A stretch of 59,144 nucleotides of DNA, counting the filler, from Nitrospirota bacterium (GTDB lineage Bacteria; UBA2233): the NCBI GenBank assembly GCA_011620345.1. It is 7 parts of 7 records of this genome, joined end to end, with 100 filler letters (N's around TTAATTAATTAA, not from the genome) between each part and the next. Parts side by side here need not be neighbours in the genome. Positions count along the whole stretch, not along the records: positions 1 to 29,615 come from WOZJ01000022.1; 6 more parts are not named here. One strand, given 5' to 3'. The translations under genes and the position numbers were made by a program. A model generated the notes under the pieces. It searched no databases, was not told the origin of the DNA, and saw only the letters and a list, made by a program, of their open reading frames with translations. Positions 18,747 through 28,467 of the stretch are shown here, piece by piece (position 1 is the first letter of the stretch; every line of letters begins with the position of its first letter).

Positions 18747-20084
18747 CCTTCGCGAAAGGTACTCTCTCGAAATACCTAAAGACCTGGCCGCTTTTGTAAT
18801 GTTCCCCTCGAACAACTCGAGACGATCCAAGATCAGCCGACTCTCGAAGCGCTTTTTGGCTTGTTCGAGCTTTTCGGCTACCTGCTCCCCGTCCGAGCGG
18901 TCCTCTGGAGAGTGTAGAGGTTTTGGGCGCTCGAATAAATCTAAACAAACCTGCTTCATCAATTCCGTACCGATTCGGCCGTCCTGGGAAAAGATCAAGA
19001 GTCTTTCCGTGATATTCTTGAGTTCCCTGACATTACCAGGCCAGGAGTATTCCCGAAGGACAGCGAAGATGTCCGGGTCGACCTGCCTGACCGGCTTGCC
19101 CATTTCCCCTATCGCCCTTTCTAGGAAATGCCAGAAAAGGAGTTCGACATCTCCTTTACGCTCCCTGAGCGGGGGGATCCACAACGGAACAACGTTGAGC
19201 CGAAAGTAAAGGTCCTCCCGAAACTTTCCCCGATTGACCTGCCCCCCGAGTTCCCGGTTCGTCGCCGTCACCACACGTACGTCAACCGTAAGCAGATCGT
19301 TGCCCCCTAAGCGGCTCAAGGTCTTCTCTTCGATTACCTTTAGCACCTTGGCTTGGGCCGCAAGGCTCAAGTCTGCAACCTCGTCCAAAAACAATATCCC
19401 ACCGTGGGCCATCTCGAACTTGCCCTTCTTTTGCTGGTAGGCGCCCGAAAAGGCCCCCCGCTCATACCCAAAGAGTTCGGCTTCCAAAAGGTCGTCCGGG
19501 ATCGCGGCGCAGTTCAACTCTACAAAGGGTCCTTCAACCCTATCGGAAAGCCTGTGGATCTCCCTGGCCAGCAACCCCTTGCCCGTCCCGCTTTCGCCAC
19601 AGATAAGGACCGTTACGTCTGCCTTGGCAACGAGAAGCACCTTACTTTTTAGGTTTTTGACCGCCTTCGTCTCTCCTACGAGCCCTTCGAGAATGCCCGG
19701 GGCTTCGCTTTCGAGATGTTGTCGCCTTCGCACCCTAAGGGCTTTCTTGACGGTACCAAGAAGTCTTTCCAGCGCGATGGGTTTTTCTAGGAAATCGTAA
19801 GCACCAAGCTTGATCGCCCGAACCGCGTCTTCGATCTGGCCATGGCCCGAAATGACGATGACAGGCGGACGTAACCCATCCTGTAGAGATTCCAGAAAAT
19901 CCAAGCCATCGCCGTCGGGCATTTTGATATCCAATAGAAGAAGGTCCGGGGTTTCTTCATCCAGCAGGGAGCGAGCCTTGTAGAGGCGATCGGCCGTTTG
20001 CACAGAATACCCCTCGTCCTCCAAGATGGTCTTGAGAATTTGGCAGATTCCCTCTTCGTCGTCAACTACAAAGATGCGCGCCAT
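18729..20084 (-). CDS. Sigma54-dependent response regulator (REC-AAA-HTH), NtrX-like
   Basis: REC (VVDDE, LDIKMP, SGHG, KP); GESGTGK; ELFGYERGAFSGA; FLDEV; FREDLYFRLNV; WPGNVREL; Fis-type HTH. Start ATG 20084. Confidence 0.93.
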   Translation of the reverse strand: MARIFVVDDEEGICQILKTILEDEGYSVQTADRLYKARSLLDEETPDLLLLDIKMPDGDGLDFLESLQDGLRPPVIVISGHGQIEDAVRAIKLGAYDFLEKPIALERLLGTVKKALRVRRRQHLESEAPGILEGLVGETKAVKNLKSKVLLVAKADVTVLICGESGTGKGLLAREIHRLSDRVEGPFVELNCAAIPDDLLEAELFGYERGAFSGAYQQKKGKFEMAHGGILFLDEVADLSLAAQAKVLKVIEEKTLSRLGGNDLLTVDVRVVTATNRELGGQVNRGKFREDLYFRLNVVPLWIPPLRERKGDVELLFWHFLERAIGEMGKPVRQVDPDIFAVLREYSWPGNVRELKNITERLLIFSQDGRIGTELMKQVCLDLFERPKPLHSPEDRSDGEQVAEKLEQAKKRFESRLILDRLELFEGNITKAARSLGISREYLSRRLKTLA

Positions 20085-20088
20085 ACCC

Positions 20089-22140
20089 TTAAGTCCCTGA
20101 TGAGGGCTTTTTTGTTGGTAAGTAGACCTCGATGGTTGCCCCTCCCCAATCATTCGCGTGCAATCGAATCTCCCCACCGTGGGCCTCGACAATACCCCTG
20201 ACCAGCCCGAGGCCAATTCCTGAGCCTTGAGCCTTCGTCGAGAACGATAGATCCCCCAAGACGGGCAAGGCCTCCTTCGGTATCCCTTTACCGGAATCCT
20301 CGACAAACAGGCTTATCCCGCCTGAAGGCACGTAGCGGCTCCGAAGGCGCAAGATTTTGGAGGAAGCAGCGGCCTCTTCCATCGCCTCAAGGCCGTTCTT
20401 AATCAGGTTCACGAGTGCCCGGCGGACATAATCGGGGTCAAGCGATGAGTTAGGAACATGGGGGTCAAGCTCGAGCTTCCATAAAACATCCGGAAACACC
20501 GTACGGTAGCTCTGGACAAGCCCCGTGAGCAACTCGTTCACGTCAGTCATTGCAAGCCGCAAGCTTGGAAGCCTTGCATAGGCGCTAAAGTTATCGACGA
20601 GCAGAGTAAGCTCTCCTACCTCCCTCACGATAATCCCCGTACATTCTTTAAGAACTTCGCGCTCCTTTGTCGTGCGAGGCTTCAAGGCTTTCGAAAGCCT
20701 GTCTGCACTCAGCCTTATGGGCGTCAAAGGGTTTTTGATCTCATGGGCGACGTGCCTTGCCGCCTGCTGCCACACCTGCGTCTTTTGAGCCAGCACGAGC
20801 TCTGTTTGGTCTTCTACAACGACCAGAAAAAGTCCCCCTTCGGAGCGGTCTTTTGGCCGGATGGCCGAAAGAAACCATACGAGATACCTCTTATTGCCCC
20901 GGACATCCTTGACCTCTAACGGCGAGGTAAGGCTGGAACCTTGGGCATGGTTCATTCGCCTGAACAGTTCATGTCCCTTGAGAACGAACCAGGCCTCGAG
21001 CGCCCGCCAGTAGGCCATGCCCACGTACGCGGAATCACCGTTTTTCAGGAAGGCTTTTGCAGGTTCATTGATTGAAATAAGCTTACCCTTAAGGTCGATC
21101 CCGATGACTGCGGCCGTAATATGGTTGAGCAAGCCCTCGAGATAGCGATTCTTTTCCCAGAGTTCATCCTGAACCTTTTTTAGCTCTCCCACCATTTGGT
21201 TGAACGCTTCGACCAAAGCAGAAAACTCCCCATTGCCCTCTACATCGAGCGCATTCTCGTATTTACCGATCCGTACGGATGCAATGACCTCGGACAGCCG
21301 CCTTAGAGGCACCAGAAGCGCGTTGGCAAACTTGAAGGCGCCCCATGTCGCCACAAATAGCACGCAAAAAAAGATATTCGTGAACAAAAGAATATAGAGC
21401 GCCTTGATGGGGCTCTTGAGAACATCGGCCTTTTGGTAAGCGGCTTGAAGTTGCTCAAGCTGCCCTTTCCCTTCTTTCCACGCATCTGGAACCCGAAAGC
21501 GGACGACCCAAGGTGGCTCTACCCATACCCACTCTGGCTCATCCCTAGAAACTCTCTCTTGTGGAACGGGAAATGCGCCATCTCGCACGGCCCCCGCTAG
21601 TCGCTCCACCCTGACGCCTCCACCAAGAACCCGCTCCAGTTGCTTTTCAAGCGCTTGGGGTGTCAAAGCCCGTTCTTCCGAAAGGAGGACCTCGAGTACG
21701 CCGTTTATTTCTTTATAGCGGGCGTCCAGCAACTCATCTTGTAACGCTTTAACGCCCTGAAATGTGGATTGCACCTGGGAGCCAAACCAGCCGTTAATCA
21801 CCTGGATCACGATAAAAATGCTGGGAATGAACAAGCAAAGGGCGGGCAACAGCGAGGTAACCAGCGACACGAAGAGCATTTTCTTGACAAGCGAACTCCC
21901 CAACGGCCCGCGTCTTTGCTCGATTCCCAACTTCGTAATGTTTCGAACAAAAAGGAAAACGACGAGCGCGAGCAAGAAAATGTTGAAATTAAGAAACAAG
22001 AAAAAAGGGAGGTTCGTAACCAAGGGAAGCTTTTCGGCGTAGCGCGTCGCCGTAAGCTGCACGGCAAGGGCGACAAGGAAGGCTACAAGAGACACCCCTC
22101 CTACGATAAGCTCGATCTTGCGCTTTTTGTGCTCATCCAT
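20089..22140 (-). CDS. Membrane sensor histidine kinase, NtrY-like (TM-HAMP-PAS-HisKA-HATPase)
   Basis: Multi-TM N-terminus, HAMP 'AFNQM', 'WQQAARHVAHEIKNPLTPIRLSADRL', and N/G boxes DSGKGI and GSGIGL. Confidence 0.92.
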   Translation of the reverse strand: MDEHKKRKIELIVGGVSLVAFLVALAVQLTATRYAEKLPLVTNLPFFLFLNFNIFLLALVVFLFVRNITKLGIEQRRGPLGSSLVKKMLFVSLVTSLLPALCLFIPSIFIVIQVINGWFGSQVQSTFQGVKALQDELLDARYKEINGVLEVLLSEERALTPQALEKQLERVLGGGVRVERLAGAVRDGAFPVPQERVSRDEPEWVWVEPPWVVRFRVPDAWKEGKGQLEQLQAAYQKADVLKSPIKALYILLFTNIFFCVLFVATWGAFKFANALLVPLRRLSEVIASVRIGKYENALDVEGNGEFSALVEAFNQMVGELKKVQDELWEKNRYLEGLLNHITAAVIGIDLKGKLISINEPAKAFLKNGDSAYVGMAYWRALEAWFVLKGHELFRRMNHAQGSSLTSPLEVKDVRGNKRYLVWFLSAIRPKDRSEGGLFLVVVEDQTELVLAQKTQVWQQAARHVAHEIKNPLTPIRLSADRLSKALKPRTTKEREVLKECTGIIVREVGELTLLVDNFSAYARLPSLRLAMTDVNELLTGLVQSYRTVFPDVLWKLELDPHVPNSSLDPDYVRRALVNLIKNGLEAMEEAAASSKILRLRSRYVPSGGISLFVEDSGKGIPKEALPVLGDLSFSTKAQGSGIGLGLVRGIVEAHGGEIRLHANDWGGATIEVYLPTKKPSSGT

Positions 22141-22207
22141 CCTGGCAGGCCGCATGCGTTTCAGGTACTTAGGCTTTGCGCCTACCCACCCATTATGCCA
22201 TACGGCA

Positions 22208-22246
22208 CAAAAAAAGGCTCCCCCCAAGGGGAAGGAGCCTTTTTTG
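22208..22246 (-). terminator. Intrinsic terminator downstream of lpxC (A/T tracts on both sides)
   Basis: AAAAAAGGCTCC...GGAGCCTTTTTT inverted repeat about 18 nt past the lpxC stop. Confidence 0.8.
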
Positions 22247-22263
22247 TCCTCGGACGTTTGATG

Positions 22264-23181
22264 CTAGCTTATTGCAGCGGCCAGAAGCGGGCTATCGGCC
22301 GAGGCGCGGAGTTGATCCTGGTCTTGGATAACAAAGGCGCCTTGGATGGTGCGAAGACGCTCGATCATCATGACGTTCAAGGCATGGCCAGGCTTAAACG
22401 CCACGTAGCGGCCAACGAGCGGGTAACCGACGAGCGATAGATCTCCTACGATATCGAGCGCCTTGTGACGAACGAACTCGTCCGGGAAGCGTAACCCTTC
22501 AGGGTTCAAGACGCCAGCGTCCGCATCCAATACAACGGCATTTGCAAGGCTTGCGCCCTTAATGAGCCCTTTGGAGCGCATCGCTTCGACATCCTCGAGG
22601 AAACCAAACGTCCTTGCAGGAGCAAGCTCCTGCCTGTAAATCCCTGGGGTTACATCAAGCTCGAGCGATTGCCTCCCGATTGCTGAATGGGCAAAGTCAA
22701 CTTCCACCTCAATTCGAAGCGTCCTGGGATCGTCCTCCACTCTTGGCCATAAACTCACCCAACGATCTCCTAGCGTGACAACGACCGGCTTCAACACCAC
22801 GGCCACCTGCTTTCTCGCAGGCTGCCGAACCAGGCCGGCACGCTCGAGTACCTCGAAAAAAGGAAGGGCGCTTCCGTCGAGAATGGGAATTTCCGGCCCT
22901 TGAACACGAACAGTAACGTTCGTCAGGCCTATTCCAAAGATGGCCGATAGGAGATGTTCTACTGTCTTTACTTCTTTCTTACCCTTGGCAATTCCCACGC
23001 ACAGCTCCGTGCTTCGTACCGTGGCCTCCCTCAGGGTAAAGCGCTCGGAACCCAAGGCAAAGGTGATCCCACTTCTAGGTGGAGCAGGCTCTAGGCTGAC
23101 GCCCACGCATGCTCCCGTATGCAGGCCTGTCCCCTTGATCGTTACCGGCCTTTTGAGGGTCGTTTCACTCGCGTATGCCAC
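22264..23181 (-). CDS. lpxC: UDP-3-O-acyl-N-acetylglucosamine deacetylase
   Basis: G.GLHTG, TVEHLLSA, EIPILDGSA, ARTFGF, LRFPDEFVRHKALDIVGDL, GHALN. Confidence 0.97.
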   Translation of the reverse strand: MAYASETTLKRPVTIKGTGLHTGACVGVSLEPAPPRSGITFALGSERFTLREATVRSTELCVGIAKGKKEVKTVEHLLSAIFGIGLTNVTVRVQGPEIPILDGSALPFFEVLERAGLVRQPARKQVAVVLKPVVVTLGDRWVSLWPRVEDDPRTLRIEVEVDFAHSAIGRQSLELDVTPGIYRQELAPARTFGFLEDVEAMRSKGLIKGASLANAVVLDADAGVLNPEGLRFPDEFVRHKALDIVGDLSLVGYPLVGRYVAFKPGHALNVMMIERLRTIQGAFVIQDQDQLRASADSPLLAAAIS

Positions 23182-23249
23182 ATCTTCCTCCGTCCAGTGT
23201 TTTTCCGCGCATCCAAGCGGTCCGTGAGGCTCAACAAACGAATTGAATG

Positions 23250-23265
23250 AGCAATTGTCATGCCA
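23250..23265 (-). promoter_or_regulatory. Sigma54 (-24/-12) promoter of lpxC
   Basis: The minus strand reads TGGCAT-GACAA-TTGCT, with the exact GG-N10-GC spacing, about 70 nt upstream of the lpxC start. Confidence 0.75.
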
Positions 23266-23314
23266 TCTAGAACGGGCCGTACGGACAAGGTCTTACAGAA
23301 AGCCGTGGATCGAA

Positions 23315-23358
23315 GCGTGACCTTTGGTTCACGCAAAAGTGTGACCAAAACATCACGC
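23315..23358. promoter_or_regulatory. Tandem palindromic upstream activating sites (G[CT]GTGA-N8-TCACGC x2)
   Basis: GCGTGA-CCTTTGGT-TCACGC (23315-23334) and GTGTGA-CCAAAACA-TCACGC (23339-23358), centred about -85 and -109 from the inferred sigma54 TSS. Confidence 0.65.
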
Positions 23359-23365
23359 GGGGTGT

Positions 23366-23581
23366 CTACCTTCTTAGGAAGAGGTTTATCACGACCGTAA
23401 GGATAAGGCTAAGGATCAGACAAGAGGCAAGCGGAAGGAATACGTGGACGTTTTTAAATTGGAAGTGGAGGTCTCCTGGAAGCTTCCCAAAAAGCGGGAT
23501 ATGGGCAAACGCGAGCAACAGGAAGCCTGCCAGAATAATACAAACCCCTAGCGCGATCAGCACCCATGCAAAAGGCTGCAA
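23366..23581 (-). CDS. DUF2905 family small membrane protein
   Basis: Two TMs with 'GKLPGDL.F...NVHVFLPLASCLILSLILT'. This family is commonly found next to ruvB. Confidence 0.85.
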   Translation of the reverse strand: MQPFAWVLIALGVCIILAGFLLLAFAHIPLFGKLPGDLHFQFKNVHVFLPLASCLILSLILTVVINLFLRR

Positions 23582-23594
23582 CGCCGTTCACCCT

Positions 23595-24620
23595 CTATGA
23601 GTTATCGAATAGCCCTTTGCCTGTACGGGGTAAGGGCTTGGGGGGGCAAGCCATGACAGCGTACCCCTTTTCGGTCACTACGCGGCCTCGCTGCGTCTTA
23701 TGGATGATCCCCTCGCGCAGCAGATAGGGCTCATAGACATCCTCGATCGTGTCCTTTTCTTCCATGATGGCCGAAGCGAGCGTTTCGATCCCGACCGGAC
23801 CTCCGTGGAACTTCTCGATCATCACGGAAAGGATCTTACGGTCCATGCTTTCTAGGCCATTGCTATCGACGCCGTTCAATGCAAGCGCCGCCCCTACAAG
23901 CTCTTTATCGATCAGGCCCGCCTGGAATACCTGGGCATAGTCCCGTACCCTCTTAAGGAGCGACAACCCTACCCTGGGTGTACCCTTTGAGCATCCCGAA
24001 AGCTCTTGGAGTGCATCATGGGACATTGCGACCCCCCACTGCTTGGCATAAGCGGCAAGGATTCGCCCAAGATCTTCCGGTTCATAGAAGTCCAAATGAA
24101 AGCCCAACGCGAACCTGCTTCGAAGCGGAGCACTTAGAAGCCCCTGCCTTGTCGTGGCCCCTATCAGCGTAAACCGACTCAAAGGAAGCCTAACGGCCTT
24201 GGCCTTAGGGCCTTCTCCGATTATCACGTCTAACGCAAACTGCTCCATGGCGGTGTACAAGAGCTCTTCTAAGGGCTTTTTGAGCCGATGGATCTCGTCG
24301 ATAAATAAAACATCGCGCTCGTTTAAGTGCGTCAGAATAGCGGCAAGCTCGCCTTGCCTTTCGATAGCCGGGCCTGAAGTCACCCGCAACGCACAAGAAA
24401 GCTCTTTGGCAATCAGCCTCGCCAGCGTCGTTTTCCCGAGTCCAGGAGGGCCGCTCAAAAGAACGTGATCAAGGCACTCCGCGCGCTCCTTGCAGGCTTG
24501 AATCGCGAGCCGAAGCGAGGCAACGGGCTGCCTTTGGCCAATGAAGCCCTCTAGGCTTTCAGGGCCAGGAATGCCGAAGGGATCGTAGAGGCGTTGGCCA
24601 GAAGGGGTTTTATGGTCCAT
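23595..24620 (-). CDS. ruvB: Holliday junction branch migration helicase RuvB
   Basis: LDHVLLSGPPGLGKTTLA, FIDEIHRL, GATTR.G, GGPVGIET, EDVYEPYL. Confidence 0.97.
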   Translation of the reverse strand: MDHKTPSGQRLYDPFGIPGPESLEGFIGQRQPVASLRLAIQACKERAECLDHVLLSGPPGLGKTTLARLIAKELSCALRVTSGPAIERQGELAAILTHLNERDVLFIDEIHRLKKPLEELLYTAMEQFALDVIIGEGPKAKAVRLPLSRFTLIGATTRQGLLSAPLRSRFALGFHLDFYEPEDLGRILAAYAKQWGVAMSHDALQELSGCSKGTPRVGLSLLKRVRDYAQVFQAGLIDKELVGAALALNGVDSNGLESMDRKILSVMIEKFHGGPVGIETLASAIMEEKDTIEDVYEPYLLREGIIHKTQRGRVVTEKGYAVMACPPKPLPRTGKGLFDNS

Positions 24621-24626
24621 CGTGGA

Positions 24627-25217
24627 TCAATGCCTTAGGTGGCGCAACGCTCTTAGAATCCCCTCTTCAAGGGGGATGCTGGGTTGATCCCCTAATACCT
24701 CTCGGCACGCCTTCTGGGCCTCAGCGTGGGAAAACCCGAGCCCTTTGAGCGCCACGACTACTTCATGGAGAGTTTCATCCGGCAGACCGCCGGACATGGC
24801 CAGCTCTAGCTGCCCAACCAGCCCCTTTAATTCAAGGAGGATGCGTTCCGCCATCTTCCTGCCAATACCTGGCACCTCCATAAAAGCCTTAGGATCCATT
24901 GCAAGAATGGCATGGGCAGCCTGGGCGGGAGTTTTATGCGAAAGGATCGACAACGCAAGCTTAGGGCCTAGCCCGCTCACCTTCAGAAACAGCCGAAACA
25001 TGCGTCTTTCTGCCTGCTCGAGGAAGCCGAAAAGCTGGAAGGAGTCCTCCTTCAGCACCTCGTGAACGAAGAGCCGCACCTCGCTTCCCACCGGGGGCAA
25101 GACGGCCAGCGTCTGCCTGCTTACCCAAAGCTCCATCCCAACCTGTCCTTCAAAGAGAGCGAGGGTCAAGCAATTCTCCGAGACAGCCTCTAGGCGGCCT
25201 GACAGAAAGTCAATCAT
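24627..25217 (-). CDS. ruvA: Holliday junction branch migration protein RuvA
   Basis: LFGF...ER..F..FLKVSGLGPKLA, VPGIGRKMAERILLELK, ALKGLGF. Confidence 0.96.
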   Translation of the reverse strand: MIDFLSGRLEAVSENCLTLALFEGQVGMELWVSRQTLAVLPPVGSEVRLFVHEVLKEDSFQLFGFLEQAERRMFRLFLKVSGLGPKLALSILSHKTPAQAAHAILAMDPKAFMEVPGIGRKMAERILLELKGLVGQLELAMSGGLPDETLHEVVVALKGLGFSHAEAQKACREVLGDQPSIPLEEGILRALRHLRH

Positions 25218-25229
25218 CTAGGCTTGGTA

Positions 25230-25706
25230 TTAGAATAAAAAATAGCTCATCGCCACGGCAATCGCATCTGTATCGTCAAAAACCCCTTCTTTTTTCACAA
25301 CGTCTTTGGCTTCATCCACATATGCGCTAACCCATCGTTTCACTTGATCCTTGCTTGCTCCGCCGTACCCGATAAGAACGCTTCGGACTTTTTTTGGCGA
25401 GATTTCCAAAACCTCCAGTCTCTTTTGACCGGCAATGAGCTGGAACATGGCCGCAACCGCGCCAAGGCGCATGGCCGTTCTTGCGTTTTTATAAACAAAA
25501 GGCGCTTCGATGCACACAGCGTCAGGCTGGTATGATTCCGTTATGGCCGTAAAATACTCATAAATTAAAGCAAGCTTTTCGGAGAACCCAATTTTTCCCG
25601 GGAGCTTGAACACCCCCGCCTCCAAGGCCAAAAAGCTATCTCCTTGTCCATGGACAATGCCGTAGCCAAGCCGGTAGAGGCCTGGATCCACCCCCAAAAC
25701 AATCAT
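25230..25706 (-). CDS. ruvC: Crossover junction endodeoxyribonuclease RuvC
   Basis: [36 protein letters not shown]. Confidence 0.95.
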   Translation of the reverse strand: MIVLGVDPGLYRLGYGIVHGQGDSFLALEAGVFKLPGKIGFSEKLALIYEYFTAITESYQPDAVCIEAPFVYKNARTAMRLGAVAAMFQLIAGQKRLEVLEISPKKVRSVLIGYGGASKDQVKRWVSAYVDEAKDVVKKEGVFDDTDAIAVAMSYFLF

Positions 25707-26458
25707 GCAACGTACTTTTGAAGCTCCTGGGGGTCGATGTCAAAGTTGGCGTAAGCGTTTTGGACGTCGTCAAGCTCGTCGAGCGCATCCATAAGTTTCA
25801 ACATTTGCGCGGCATCTTTGCCCTCTAGACGAATGCTCGTCTTGGGAACGCCCGCTACTATTGCGCTTTCCACGCGAAAACCCGCCTCTTCGAGCTTGCG
25901 CCTTGCTTCCTCCAGCCGAAAGGGCTCTACGTGAACTTCCCAGGTTTCCTCCGAGGGGTTTTTCTGTGTATCGATGGCATCCGCAGCGAGAGCCGCCTCC
26001 ATCAGGAGGTCCTCGTCGACGTCCCCTCCTTCAAGGACAAGAATCCCTCGCTTTTCAAACAGCCAACCGACACTTCCCGTTTCGCCCAGTTTCCCGCCAT
26101 GCTTAGAAAAGGCCCTCCGGACTTCCGAGACGGTCCTGTTCTTGTTGTCGGTAACGCTTTCCACCACCACCGCAACCCCACATGGGCCGTAACCTTCGTA
26201 GATGATTTCTTCATAGGTTACCCCATCAAGCTCGCCCGTTCCTCGCTTGATCGCGCGTTCGATGTTGTCCTTGGGCATGTTTTGGGCTTTCGCCTCTTCC
26301 ACGGCCGCCCTCAGCCTTGGGTTGCCGCCGGGATCTCCGCCACCAAGGCGCGCAGAAACGGTGATTTCTTTAATGAGGCGCGTAAACACCTTACCTCTCT
26401 TTTCGTCCTGGAGGCCCTTTTTCCGTTTGATTTGGCTCCATTTCGAATGCCCTGACAT
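25703..26458 (-). CDS. yebC: YebC/PmpR family DNA-binding/translation factor
   Basis: [47 protein letters not shown]. Confidence 0.97.
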   Translation of the reverse strand: MSGHSKWSQIKRKKGLQDEKRGKVFTRLIKEITVSARLGGGDPGGNPRLRAAVEEAKAQNMPKDNIERAIKRGTGELDGVTYEEIIYEGYGPCGVAVVVESVTDNKNRTVSEVRRAFSKHGGKLGETGSVGWLFEKRGILVLEGGDVDEDLLMEAALAADAIDTQKNPSEETWEVHVEPFRLEEARRKLEEAGFRVESAIVAGVPKTSIRLEGKDAAQMLKLMDALDELDDVQNAYANFDIDPQELQKYVA

Positions 26459-26466
26459 CGCTCCTC

Positions 26467-27597
26467 CTATTGGCACCCTTTTTCTTTTATTGACCCTTGC
26501 AAAAATGCTTCCAGCCCGACCCTAGCCTCTTTTTCATCCATTTGAACGGGCGGATGTTTCATGAAGTATGCACAGGCAGGGTACAACGGCCCGCTTAGCC
26601 CTTTCTCGCGCGCAAGCTTCAAGAAGCGGATCGCATCGACAACCACACCTCCGGAATTCGGGGAATCCTCCACGCTCAGACGGAGTTCCAGCTCGATCGG
26701 CGCCCCTAAGAATCCTTCCGCTTCGATCCTCAAAAAGCACACCTTATTGTCCTTTTGCCAAGGCACGTAATCCGAAGGTCCAATATGGACGTTTCTTGAC
26801 TCAATCTTTCCCTCTATCGTCGACACCACGGCTTCCGTCTTCGAGATTTTCTTGGATTTTAGGCGAGTTCGGTCTAGCATGTTCATAAAATCCGTATTTC
26901 CGCCAACGTTTAGCTGATAGGTCCGCCTGATCTTCGCACCTCGCTCCCGGAACAGGGTCGATAACGCCCGATGAACAATCGTCGCTCCCACCTGAGACTT
27001 CACATCGTCCCCGATGATCGGAATGCCAGCCTGATCAAAGCGATTATACCATTCTGGGTCCGAGGCAATGAACGAGGGGATGCAGTTGATTAAGCTCACG
27101 CCCGTTTTAAGGCATTGATCGGCATAGTACCTCGTGGCCTGGTCTGCACCGACAGGAAGGTAGGAAATGAGGATTTCTGCGCCCTTCTCTTGGAGGACCT
27201 TTCCCGCATCAACCGGCTCTAGGTCGGCGACCAAGAACCTCTCGTCTTCCGGATAGGCATCCATGAGCGGAGAATACCCATCCAATACAGGCCCCATGAA
27301 TACTTCCGCTTGACAGAACTCGAGGTCATCAAAAAACATGGTCGTACAATTTGGCTTTGCCTTGGCCGCTTCTCCTAGGGGTTTTCCGACCTTCCTGACG
27401 TCGACGTCAAAGGCGCAGACAACCTCGATATCTCCAGGCGTAAACCCGCCGATATTGTAATGCATAAGACCAACCTGGTTCCCGTGCGTCCCTTGAGCCC
27501 GGTAATAGGATATTCCTTGAAGAAGACTCAAGGCGCAATTTCCGACACCAGCGATGGCCACACGAACCTTCCTGCTTTCCAAGACCAAGTCCTCCAT
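26467..27597 (-). CDS. ino1: myo-inositol-1-phosphate synthase
   Basis: [57 protein letters not shown]. Confidence 0.95.
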   Translation of the reverse strand: MEDLVLESRKVRVAIAGVGNCALSLLQGISYYRAQGTHGNQVGLMHYNIGGFTPGDIEVVCAFDVDVRKVGKPLGEAAKAKPNCTTMFFDDLEFCQAEVFMGPVLDGYSPLMDAYPEDERFLVADLEPVDAGKVLQEKGAEILISYLPVGADQATRYYADQCLKTGVSLINCIPSFIASDPEWYNRFDQAGIPIIGDDVKSQVGATIVHRALSTLFRERGAKIRRTYQLNVGGNTDFMNMLDRTRLKSKKISKTEAVVSTIEGKIESRNVHIGPSDYVPWQKDNKVCFLRIEAEGFLGAPIELELRLSVEDSPNSGGVVVDAIRFLKLAREKGLSGPLYPACAYFMKHPPVQMDEKEARVGLEAFLQGSIKEKGCQ

Positions 27598-27767
27598 TCG
27601 AACGGCAGAATAAAGACGGGCATCATTGCAATAAAAGTAAAGACATTATAGCGTAAAAGAAAGTGCATGGACAACCGAGTGCACCCCTTTTCATATTACT
27701 GTATAACGTATTTTTGTTTTTATACAATAACCCTCCTTTGCAACAATGCCCAGCCGGAAGGAAAGTC

Positions 27768-28370
27768 ATGGTAGCAATCGCTGCCTTCCTTGATTTGGAA
27801 ACCACAGGGTTAAGCCCTTCTTGCTCCGTCCTTTCCGCCTCTTCAGTGCTCGTAGAGGTTTCTACCACAGGAGAGCTAACGAAAAATGGGGTTTTCAACC
27901 GCTATTACTATCCTGAAGAGGGGACGAACCGCGCCGTACAGATCAACGGGCTTAGCTTTGAAGAAATTTCCAAGCATCGCGACAAGGCGACTTATCCAGA
28001 ATATTTCAAAGACGATGCCGAATCTTTCCGAAACTTCCTAGAGGCTGCAGGGCTATTCATAGCCCACAACTTGCGTTTTGATGCTTCATTTTTGCCATTC
28101 AAGCTTAGTCCTGGGCTTTGTACCATGCGTTTTCACAACGATCTCACAAGAATTAATGGTAATCGTCGGTTTGGGCCTAGCCTAGAGAGGCTTGCCTGGC
28201 ATTACGGGGTCAAATTGGATCTTTCCAGGAGGCACACAAGCCTCTACGACGTAGAGCTGCTCGTTTGTATTTTTGAACGCATGCTAAAACTGCGAGAAAC
28301 AAAGTCTCGTTTGCGTCAGGCTTTCCAGGGGGCTTTTGGGCAAACATTCCAAGACGCCTTTGGCCCTTAG
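27768..28370 (+). CDS. DEDDh 3'-5' exonuclease (DnaQ-like)
   Basis: ExoI DLETTG, ExoII AHNLRFD, ExoIII HTSLYD. Confidence 0.85.
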   Translation: MVAIAAFLDLETTGLSPSCSVLSASSVLVEVSTTGELTKNGVFNRYYYPEEGTNRAVQINGLSFEEISKHRDKATYPEYFKDDAESFRNFLEAAGLFIAHNLRFDASFLPFKLSPGLCTMRFHNDLTRINGNRRFGPSLERLAWHYGVKLDLSRRHTSLYDVELLVCIFERMLKLRETKSRLRQAFQGAFGQTFQDAFGP

Positions 28371-28467
28371 AGTACGATTCTTAAGGTCCAAGGGCTTCAA
28401 AAGACTACAAAGCGCCCTCAAGATGGATTCTTTTCAAACTATTTCGCCTAGAACCAAAGGAGGCTCC

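Noticed and set aside
20085-20306. N-terminal extensions in the ORF track (regulator, pilT, lptA, murQ, mpl, kinase)
   Set aside because: They overlap upstream genes or lack an RBS. Downstream starts match family N-termini and coupling.
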